DNA of 64,000 nucleotides, from the NCBI GenBank assembly GCA_965637545.1, contig OZ281495.1, forward strand, positions 12,524,001 to 12,588,000, read 5' to 3'. The translations under genes and the position numbers were made by a program. The notes under the pieces were generated by a model, which worked only from the letters and a program-made list of their open reading frames with translations, made no database searches and was not told where the DNA came from. Of the stretch, positions 24,101 to 36,100 are shown piece after piece. The DNA comes from Phallusia mammillata. Taxonomy: Eukaryota. Every line of letters starts with the position of its first letter. The stretch's first letter is position 1.

Positions 24101-27100
24101 AAAATGTTACTGACATTTTAAAACAACTTATTTTTGCAAATGCCATACCTTCTGGTCTACTTGAACTTAATGCCTGAACGTCTTACCTGGATTTTCTCCA
24201 GTCTTCTAACATATCAATCATATTTGACAGAATAAAGTTGTTCTTTAGGCCTTGTACTCCTTTAAATCCAAGCAGAGTCTGTTGTCTGCAGAGCGGACAA
24301 ATGATATAAACTCCTTGTTTGGACTTTTCACATGATTCTGAAATAATTAAGTTCAGTTCATAACAAATCTAATCACAATGACAAAACCTAATGAAGTGTT
24401 TGTTGATGTGACATGAAAATTACTGGTTGTAAGAAGTCAATTACAACCCACACTATTATTTCTCCAAATTTGATTAGTAAAATTAGCTTGTAATTAGTAG
24501 GTATTAAAGTTTGTGGTTAGTTAATGTCGGTGTGTATTGTTATTGCTATAAATCCCCCAACTTGGTGATTTTAGCTTCAATTACAATTTCTTTTTTTATG
24601 CATATTAAATATATAGTTGGTTGATGGACCCACCATACATGCTATGAAAAGTTCATAAATATTGTAGCAAATACATACCTAATATGCACATTCATATATT
24701 GTATTCATACCTAAACATGTCTTGCAGAACGAATGTTGACATGACAAAACTTTAGGCGATGTATAAATTTCCATACAAACATGGCAGGTCAAGTAATCAT
24801 TATTTAACTGGGACAGCAGATATTGTGAAGACTCCATATTCAACCCTTCTATTACTGTACCACTTTGCTCAAAAATCCATTAAAACTATGTTTTGTCAAT
24901 ACTAATGCATGTATTGCATGTTGCACTGCTGTCTGTCATGATTTTTGCTGCCAGTCAAACATATGTAGCATCACATGCCTTGAGGGCATGTCTCATTATG
25001 ACATCACAAATCATGAGGCCAGTCTCTTAATTTTGCCAGCCAAAACTGGTGAAAAAAAGGGCATGAAGTTGATACTAATCACTGTTTCCCTTTTTTGACA
25101 AACCACATTATCCAATGTTAGTTGTTCAAAAACTTATGCCTCAAAATTTAATGATTGTTTGTTTGTTGTATAACTGGTTTGTCAAGTGTTCAATTATCCA
25201 CTTAAAGTTGGGTTGTTGATATTTCAGGGCATCGCCACGTACTTTGTTGACCTTTTGTACAAACGGAGTTCTACTACGAACTCTCATGTCAGGCGATGAT
25301 GTCACACAAATGATGACGCACATCATAATTGTAAGTTTACTTTTTTGTACATGTCAAAACTGAGGCATGTGCAATAAATGTCATACATATAGATAACCAA
25401 AAAAGTAGTTTGCATTAATTTTTTTAATCCGCACCCAAATATCTATGAAGTTTAAAGTTGCTTCAGTTTTTTATTGAATCTGTTGCAAATACACTTGTTC
25501 TTACCACAAAATCAATAAACTTGATATTGTATTGGTTTAAATGTTCTTTTAATTGTTTTTTTCATCAAAAATCACACCATCTGCCACCCAAAAGTTATAT
25601 TTTGCAAGAATTTGTTAAAAAGGAATTTTCCTATTTTTAACTATGGAAACATGTTTCAGAGAAACACAAATCAATCAACTAGGAATGTATATTCTACTAA
25701 AATTATATGTATTGTCAATCTATTTTCACAGTACAGACTAACCAAACATTGAAAATGATATTTGAATTTAGTACGTAGACAACAGTTTCACATGTGTTAA
25801 CCCGTAATTCCAACCTCTATATCTAGACAAACATTTATTACCTTCCACAGGACGAAGTTCACGAGAGAGATCGTTTTAGTGACTTCCTTCTCATCAAGCT
25901 ACGACAACTTGTAGAGTCCAAGAAGCTTGTTCGATTAATTTTGATGAGCGCTGCCCTCGAAGTCAACCTGTTTGTCAATTACTTCTCACAATGCCCAGTA
26001 GTAAGCAGTAAGTATCTGCAACGCCGTCATGCTTTTGTTAGTTCTGCAGCTTGCATTCTTGCTAAGCAAAGTCATTTTGTACATATTTAGTGCTGAACAT
26101 AATGACTTTATCTGTTTGACATTTCTCGATTTAAAGGATTTTTTCTGTCATGACTTGTAAGTGCAATGCAGTTCTGATTCTGTGTAATGAATGTACTTTT
26201 TTAATTAAATGTTTACCCAAATGCAGAAATACAAAATGTTTTGCTTATACTCTTTCTTTACAGTTCCAGGTAACATGTATGATGTGAACACACTCTATCT
26301 TGAAGACATACTAAAATGGTAAGATGATATATATTTTAACCCTGTTTGCACCATTGGTATGTTACGGTACTTAATTTTTTTACTGTGTAACTTTTCTGAA
26401 CCATGCATTTGCTAAACCTATTATTTAATGTCATTTGTATGTCATTTTAATCTGCATAGCATATGTCCAATCCAATTACATCAGGAAAATACCTTTCCTC
26501 TTATTTGTGTTTTTCTTGTTACCACTTCTTGTCCCAATGCTGTATTTTTTTTTCAGTACTGGATATCTCAACAAAAATCTGGACAGTTTAAAAAAGCAAA
26601 ATGCCAAATGTAAGATTGTAACTTTGGTTCCTATCTATATGTTTTTTTTTAACATCATATTACTTTTTACTATTTAGCAAAACTGCAAGAGAAGACATTT
26701 CTTGATTGGTGTAGACAGGATCGTGCAGGTGCACTTGTAGTCACCCAAAAGGTATTAGATAACATTTATGTAAGTGAATAATGCGAATATTAGAGATGGG
26801 CCAAAACTACAAATGTTCTGTTCACGTTAGTGCTCTGTGCTAAGCACGCTCGGTGCATTGTGACGTCACAACAATTCCCTATTTCATGCTAGTTTTGTAG
26901 CTTTCCAAGGTCCCTTATGTCACCAGCGGTGTTTTAAGCTGTACAGGCCCGACAAGTAAACGTTTTTCACAATCTAACGCATTTAAAACAACAGTCATTT
27001 TATGGGTCCCCTTCCCTGAAGGGGAGGGTCAGTTTGTGCCACTACTCTTTTTTAATGCAAAAATGCATAAGGTTTTCTTAACAAGTGATAGGCTGCAGTT

Positions 27101-30100
27101 GCACAATTTCTATGCAATTTTACATATTATTTGCTTGACAAATATTAATTCACCAGCTGAATCGACACAAGAACATAGCACATCTTGTATCAAATTGTTC
27201 CATTTCGATTATCCTAACAAAAAACTTTTTTAGGAAGATGATTCTGGCATTGATAGTGAGGTGGAAAAATTGACTATGTGAGTTTACCTACACTTTTGCA
27301 CCTTTAGATAGTTTGTGTCTTTATTTTTATTTTTTTGTCTCTAAAGAAATGATGCTGTTGAAGAGTGGATTGTAAAGGAATTTGATGAAGCCATTTTCAA
27401 AGCATGGCATCATGATGATAGTTCAGCTTTTGAGCAGATTCACCATCTAATTGCAAGTGAAAATGCCCCTGGTGTGTTTTGTTTTTATTTATTTTGCTTA
27501 CACCAACTTTAGCACAACTCCTTATTAGAACATGTGGGATATTGTTGTTTTTCTTTGAAGACAATTGAAAATATAAAAAATAACAATCTGGACTGTTGTA
27601 AAACCTGTGTTGTTTTTGAGCATTACTGCATTGAAGCATTATAATAAATTTATTTTTTAAATTCCCATTTTTTTCTGTTGTGGTGTCAAGTCTTTTTAAA
27701 GACTATGCAAAGCTGTGCATTGTAATTTTAACCCAGGGTGGCACACAAGTCCCAAATGTGAATTTTATATCACGTTTGTTGGTGTATGCATGGTATTTAA
27801 TTACTTTTTCGTTTTATAAATCATGCATAAAATTTCAAAATTTTTGCAGTGGACTACAAACACAGTGAAACTGGTATAACTGGCCTCATGGTGGCAGCAG
27901 CGAGGGGTCATATGGATCATGTAGAACGTTTTCTTTCTGCTGGTGCTGACATTAATCTTCGCGCTCCGAATCAAATGTCAGCAAGAAATTTTGCCCTGAA
28001 CGGAAATCATAACGAAGTATCGGAACTTCTACTTGTCCAACAGTATGTTTTTACATTGCATTTGTGACTTTGTAGAAACTATGTCGACTAGCTATAGTGG
28101 CTGCTAAAACAACATGTTTTATTTAATTAACTTTTTAGTTGTATTATCATATATGTTGACTGTTCTAGCCAAATTATTTTTGTGGTGCTTACAACAACCA
28201 GGCATTTTCCTAAACTGCAAGAATTGTATTTAGCCCAGCACCTAGCATAAGCATGAAAAACTCAGTGCTGAGCTAGCAATGTTTGTCCCATAATAATAAA
28301 AATGTATTAGTCATCTTGTTTTTGTTAATCATAACTGGAAAAAGTTCCTGATATTAACAGGGTTCCCGCGGTTATGGAAACCCTGGAAAGGTTATGGAAT
28401 TTGAATTTGTATTTTTAAGGCCTGGAAAAGTTTTAAAAGGGGCCAATTTTTGCAAAAGTCCCTGAAAAAGTATGGAATTTGGAGCCTGTTTTACCCTGAA
28501 AATGCCAGGAAATGCCATGATTGTATATTCGTTGCAAGTATGGTAAATTGGCTGCATATACTAAAGCCTCCTTTCTAGTTTTACTATGGAAATTGCTTGA
28601 TTTTTTCGATTAAGGGAATGGAAATTTGGGTTTTTTTTCTTGAAAAGTTTTGGAAAAGTCATGGAATTTATAAACAAAAATTGTGCGGGAACCCTGTATT
28701 AACCTCATTTAACGTTGCATTTTTATCATAAAATTTGCATGTTTTAAGAAGATTTAGACAGAGCAAGAAGTGATTGGTGGTTCACGTTTTGTTAACCAGC
28801 CTTTGTTTGAATTTTTTCCAAAAGATGTTTCCCAAAATTTGCAAAAAAGGGTTTTCAGAAGTGTTTTGTTGTAGGCATAATATGTGTGTTGAATGCCTAT
28901 TTTGTTTTTTTTAAGTCAACAAATGCTTAAATCAATTTTGTGTGTTCAGGAGTGTGTCCCCCATTCAACAGCCTCCAACAATGCTAACTAATTCAGATGA
29001 AGGCAAAGAGTTAATTGATCTCTATCACCAATCATTTGATGATGAATATATCGATTACAACTTGATCCTGTGCATTCTACAAAATCTATGCAGCACTCCT
29101 GATCACGGCAAGCCAACTTTTTTGTTTTCTCTTGCAATATGATGTTGCGGTCTTTGAAAAAAAAGTTCTCTTAGATTGTACATTATTTTTAGTGTTATTT
29201 TGTTCAACTATGTTTTGGTTTTATTAACCAGTTTCTTTTGTATTCATGCAAAATCAAGTGATTTTTTGTTACATTATACTAATTTTCTCTCAGACTTTTA
29301 ATACATTTGGTTTTGGTAACAGGTGCTATTCTAGTGTTTCTTCCTGGCTACGATGACATCGTATCGCTACGTGACATAATTGTGGACAGCCCAGAATTAA
29401 GTGCACATACTGATATCCGGCTATTTACACTCCACTCATCCATGCAAACATCTGGAGGTCAAACTCAAGTGTTCAAACCCACACCAAAGGGGACCAGAAA
29501 AATTGTAAGTTTGCAAAACTACTGTTGTTAATATTTGATGAGTTGGCCTTTTAACTACAAAATAATCTACTTTATACAAAAGCTCATAAAATGCACTGCT
29601 AATATCTAAAAAATCGCTAAGATGGACGAGCGGTTAGCAGAACGGTCTTCTGTTTACAAGGTTGTGAGTTCTAATCCTTTCCTAGCCTTGTTTTTCTGTG
29701 CAAGAAACTTGTATACCATTGCTTTAACTCCGGAAAACATGCTGAATTAGGTTAAAGTCATTAACTTCTGAAGTAGAAAAATCAAACAAAAAATTATCCA
29801 ACTGACTTGTAATTAAAAAGCAGGCATCTCAACCGTGGATGCATTGTAAGCATAAAAAGAAAGAAGAAAAAATGTTTACCAAATATAAAATAAAAATAAA
29901 AGGAATACAAGTTTTGTATTTGAATGTTCACGTTTTGTTTTACACTGACCTATGGCAGTTTCTAGCGTTTTCTTTGTATACCGAAAACTTTTCATTTGAC
30001 AAAATTTCATGTTTTCAAGATTTTATCAACGAATATTGCCGAAAGCGCAATAACAATTGACGACGTGGTTTACGTCATCGACTCGGGGAAAGTGAAATTG

Positions 30101-33100
30101 AAAATGTTTGATTCGATCACATCAACTTCTTCACTCAAAAGTGTTTGGATCTCACAGGCCAGTGCAATACAAAGGAAGGGCAGAGCTGGACGATGCAGGT
30201 GAACAATTTAAATGCAAAAATCTTGACTTACCGCAAATCAAATACTTGTCTCTTCATATCTATTCTATGGGCCAATCTCTCACTTATGCTAATCAGGTAG
30301 CGTTTGGTTCGGTGGTATGCCAAATTTAATGGTCATTGGCTATGACTCATGCATCATGGTTTAATTTTATCCAAAATTTATATGTGAGTGTGCCCTCATC
30401 GCTGGTCTGCATAGACGCTTCAAGGCTGATCCCAATTATGAATTTATGTTCATCTTAACTGGTATAATTTAAGTTGATAATTTTGCATGGGACGATTTTA
30501 AAGATTTTTTGTGTGTTTGAAAAATCGCTTCACAGAACCTAAATAGCGTTTGACTAAGTTGATTGTAGAATAAAAATACAAGTCTGTAGTACCAAAGGCA
30601 ATTTAATATTTAACTATAACCTCTTAACCAACCAAATTGATCTCTGTTTCTTCGTTGAAAAATACAATTTAAACAGAAATTTATTGTTCAAAATTTAGGC
30701 CTGGGACATGCTTCTATTTATTCTCGTTATCCCGCTACACTGCCATGCCAATGTACCAAGTACCCGAGCTGTTACGTATGCCACTGCATGAACTGTGCCT
30801 ACATGTGAAGCTGTTGGACACTGGATGGGCTAAATCAAAGGAGATTGCGTCGATTGAGAGTTTTCTCTCATACGCTCCGAGCCCACCCTCCACTGGGATG
30901 ATCAGGAATGCTGTGCAATTACTAAAGGTTGGTATATTTGGTGATTGTTGTTAGGAATTGCAGGTTTAGCTGTACAAGGCTAATATAGGGGAGTTCAATA
31001 GACTGATTACACGAATTGCCGCCTTTTTGTGCAGATGTTGTAGGACAAGTTGTTGAAGGCCGCATAGTTGTGAATTTAGTGCCGTACGTATATTTCGTAA
31101 AACTTTGGAGGGCATCCATACTGTCATAAAACTTATATTTAAGCATAAAACCCGTTTGTTTACGTTTCAAAGCAACAAAAGTAGATTTTTAGTAAACAAT
31201 CTTTACTCGGTATTTTTACAGTTTTTTTATTCTTGTTGTTTTTCAGACTATAGACGCACTTGACCCAACCGAGAATTTAACAGAGCTTGGTCAACATCTT
31301 GTAGATCTTCCCGTGGAGCCGCGGTTAGGTTCGTTATTTGTCAGTTTAACCTTTGGTATTGTGATGTATTTTGATCTTAAAGTTACATGTCATAAAATTA
31401 AACCATAAAATTGTTGCGCTTTTTGAGCCGAATGGTCAAAATGGTCTTGTGAATAGCAAACATCTTTACGACAAAGGGCAATTTTCAGTTCTAGGACTGC
31501 CGCCTGATTGTCGAAAAAAAAAATGGCAAAAATCAAAATCTTTAGGAATTTAAGCATGACACGTTTATTTCCTTATAGGTTTAAAGCCATTTTCTTCATT
31601 GTTTGAAGCCGCATAGCTACATGTGGCTCCTTAGGTTTACGGCCCTGCACTAATTTAAAGCGGATATTGTTAACCACTGACAAAAATATACTGATGACTA
31701 AAGACTGTGAAAGCGTTCGTGTTTTAATTTTATTTGTTTGTTTCTGCAGCAAAGATGATTTTACATGGTGTGGTGTTAAAATGTTTGGATCCTATCTTGA
31801 CGATCGCTTGTTCTCTCGCATACAGAGATCCTTTCCAACTGCCACAGAACCCAAGAATGAGAAAGCAAGCCTTGGAAAGCAGAATCAAGCTCTCTGCAGG
31901 TTTGTTAGTTTTTGAAAATAGTGTACAAATTAAATGCGGCTTTATTGTTTATCTTTCTGTAAAGGTTTTTGAGAACGGACTAATTTGTTACTTTGCAACA
32001 GTTTTTTCTTTAAAAAAAATACATTACGAAATTGCATCTGGGGGGTAATAAATTATAGCTCTGGTTCGCGACCTTAATTTTTTTATGATTTGGTTTCATC
32101 TCTGCATAAAGTAAAATAGGAATTTTAATGGGAATTAAACTGCAAGTGTTCTTTTGGGGGCATCAAAAAGCTCAACCCTTTAAACAAGCATGACGTTGCT
32201 TACATCTACATCGAATGACCATCGGCGCCGATATTTTTCTGCTGTTCATTACATTAACGTGTTATACTTGTATGAAAGCACAACTTAAACGCGTGGTTAT
32301 AGCATTGAAACTTTTTTCTTACAACTTGTATTTGAGTACTGTACTAGGGTGTTGATTAAGTTCAATGACTGTATACAATATGTAAGATGAAAATAGCAAC
32401 GCCAAATCTCTTCCAGGAACCTTCAGCGACCACATGTGTTTGCTGCGAGTTTTTCAAGCTTGGCAAAAAGCAAAGAGCGACGGCTGGGAACAGATTTTCT
32501 GCAAAAAGAACTTTTTATCCCAGGCCACGATGGAAATGATAGTTGGTAAGTGTTGTTTGATAAGCCTTGACATTACCTGCTTCGGTTATAGTTACAATTG
32601 TATATAGAAATATTGGGGGCATTTATAAAAAAAAAACAATATTTAAACAATTGTTGTTCTGGCCTATTATCGAAAGCGGCTTTCAGTCGAGTATACGACG
32701 TGCTGCATTTGTTTGTGTAGCAACATGCCAAAGCTATGTTCTCAGGTATGCGAAGTCAGCTGCTAGGACAATTGAGAGCTACAGGTTTTGTCCGAGCTCG
32801 AGGTGGAAACGACATACGTGATCTCAACACTTACTCGGAAAACTGGGCGGTTGTTAAGGTACAAAATTAAAGACTTATTATTTATTTCTTATACTTCTTG
32901 TAAAATATTTCGACCTTGCAAAGCCGTAATGGTTATGTGTCTTTCCCACCGAGTGCACACATAATAGACCAGCAATCTACGTCTTTTTTGAGTTTTTATT
33001 GCTTTAATAATTGTTTCACTATTTTATTTGAGCTGATTTTAATCAGGGAGTCGAACCGCTGGTCATATAGGTTCTAGTTCGGCTCAGGTTTACTGTTTAT

Positions 33101-36100
33101 TGGTTGTAGGGGTTTGGGCTTGGTTGAGGTTGTACAAACAATATATTTTCGGGTTAAGGTTTTGCGATTTTAGACCGGTTTAAATCCCCTTTTGTTTTGT
33201 TTTGTTTTTCTTCCTGATCTCCAGCGAACAAAAACTGATACTGGTTGCTTTTTTTGGTTCGGTTTAGCTTCGAATCCATAGGGTTTGACTTCGGATTGGG
33301 TTTTTAGGCAAATGTAATTTATGGTTCGGGTTCGGTTTGGGTTTAATTTAAGCAATTAAACCGCCCAAACAGGTTCGCGGGTTCGGGTTCAGTCGCGGTA
33401 TTGACTCCCTCATTTTAATAAAAGATAGATATAGTTGTAATGTTTCAATTTCTTACAGGCTGCAATATGTGCAAGTATGTATCCCAATATACTGAGATAC
33501 GACAAAAAGTTTAAGACGCTTTGCTCATCAACCTTAAAGAAAGTCAGATTCCACAATTCATCTGTGCTAGGGAATATCTCTTACAAAAAGGTGAGTGGTA
33601 TGATTGAAATTTTTTCTCACACTTTCCTTTTAGCTATTGTTTACCTTGCTTGACGGAGCTAGGATGTTATCGTATGTGAGTAACAATAGTTCTACACATA
33701 TTGATTTTTGTCGATTTGTTTGTTTTGTGTACCCCCAAAGTTTGTCCGACTCATTTTGCCATGAAATTGATGGCTTTTGATGAAATTTACACAAATGGTA
33801 GATATAGTTGTGTGCGTACAACTTTGTTTGGCTTGATAACCCCAGTATCTACCCGCTAACCCACTAAAATGGGTGAGTTTTTAAACAGTGTTGGAATTGG
33901 CTGAAATTTGGATATCTTGTAGAATATGCCATTTGTATGTGTCGATTGTTGTGTTCGACCCTGTAGCCCCAATGTTTACCCCTCTATATTATGCTGGGCA
34001 CCACAATGAAAAGTTTCTGTGTTGTAATAGTGTTATGCGGTCAACCAGACATATGTTACTTGTGTTTGTGCGTTGCTTGGTGGGCGTTTTTGCGCCATGG
34101 TATTTAGGAGGTTGTCAACAGCCTTACGACGCATTAACGACTGTTGCTTAAAACGCCTCCGGTGGTCAAAATTTTAAACATTGGCTGATTGGGACAAAAT
34201 TTTACAGGGCTTCGGAATATTTGATTGTCGTTTCATATCTTACTGGTTTGGGTGTAGAGCCCCATTAATTACCCCACTAGCCCTCTAAAATAGGTGAATT
34301 TTTTAACAATATTTAAATCAAATTAAATTTGGACAGCTGGTAGAATTTTCTATTTATAGGTGTTGATTGTTGTGTTTTACTTTATTTTGCCACTATTTAC
34401 CACTTTTTTCTGTAAAATAGAACATTAAATAGGACAAACTTCAAACAATGTCTGAACTGAATCAGATTTGTATAGTTTGTACTTGTAATAGCATGATTAT
34501 TTAAGCCTAGTACTGATCACTGTGTTTTACCTTAAAACAGCAAACTTTCATGGTTATCTCTTAAAATGCCTTTTTTTCAACTTTGCATGTGTGGGGACCC
34601 ATGAGTTTCTGTCTGCAGAAACAACTAAGGTTACAAAAGACGGTGGCTAATATGGGACCGATGATAAGTTAAATATCATGAATATATTAACGTTTAAAAA
34701 TAGGTTATAGTTTATGTGCAATATGTGCTAAGCCACCCTTCTAGTTAAATAAAAAAAATACTTTCGACTGACGCAGGATTCACAGCAACTGCCAACAAGT
34801 TGGGTCGTATACGATGAAATGACTCGTTCCTCTACAAACTACAACAGTATTTCCTCTGCTCGATGTTGTACTGCCGTGTCTCCTGCATGTATCGCTATAT
34901 TTACTGGACCATCGACCGTTTTCGAGGTTTGATTACTTTCAAGGCCTGTTTTGTACGCAGTTGTTACCAACTGTAACAAATATTTTTGTGGTATACATTT
35001 TTCTGTTCATGTTATAGCTTTTCCAGCGCAAAAACTTAATGACCAAAACAGGCTTAACCTTGTCTAGACTGATGCAATCGAGACCCCTGAGCCGACGGGG
35101 ATGCCCCTTGGTTTTCCGCAAGATAGCGATAGTGAGACTGATGACGTCGATGTGAGTCGCCTAGCCACGCTAACGGTTACTGATTGGATAAAACTGTGCA
35201 TGGATCCGACCGTAAGTGGTGTTTATAATATCTTCGGTCGTTACTAAATTGTGCTGTTTCATGATCATCTGTAAAAATGTGCATTAGTGTTCACGGCTGA
35301 TCACTGCAGTAATGAATATTTGGTTGTTAAAAAGGCCTGCTGTTTTGGTATCTTGTTTTGGTACATGAAGTGCAATATTTTTCAGTTATTTTGTAACATG
35401 GGCAGTTGGTAAACACAGGAGTTTATTAATTCATTGTTAAATCTACGCGGAATAATTAAAAATACTCTTAGTCGACAAATTTCGTACATGATGTGCAAGA
35501 TTTTTTCCTACGCTTAAAACGTTAAAAAAATAGGTAACATTGCCGCTAAAATCAAGTTTCAAAGAGACTCTCACATGTAATGCATTCCCTTTTATTCTGT
35601 ACTGACTGCGAAAGCGATTGGCTCAAACAGGTTAATTTACAAAGAATATTCCTTTGCTACCTATTTTTACATAATCTTTATCGTTTTTACAGCTGGCTTT
35701 CATGATCTGCCATCTTCGTATCAAGTGGTACAGTTTGTTTGCTCGTCGCATCCGAAGCTCTTCGAAACCATGGCAACAAGAGGACGAGGCGGTTCTCTCC
35801 ACAATCATCAACATCTTAAGTTGCGAGGATCAGGCCATCGGACTAACGGTGTGTTTTTGTAAAATACTACAAATAAACAAACTTGACAACAAAAACTACA
35901 TGGTGTTGGGAAATTTTTGTCCCTTTTTCGTTATTTGTTTAAACAAAACAATAAAATGTTTTTAAATGCAAAATGTTGTGGAATTACTTGGGATAATAAA
36001 ATCTTTGTAATATAAGTTAGCTTTAGTTGTAATTTTGAGCTTTTTGCTTTTTATTTGACTTCAAAGTACTCTTAGCTTCTTATTTGAATAGGAAATAGGG

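Noticed and set aside
29616-29690. Possible tRNA gene
   Set aside because: No clean cloverleaf or acceptor stem, and it continues into a SINE-like body and A-rich tail.
31691-31720. CTGATGA...GAAA resembling a third hammerhead
   Set aside because: No helix II, helix III or helix I complementarity. The other CTGATGA/TCATCAG hits I checked (e.g. 8810, 44867, 56329) also lack the flanking structure.
36076-36092. Resemblance to the Ciona spliced-leader sequence
   Set aside because: Imperfect match in an AT-rich intron with no following donor or Sm site; expected by chance.
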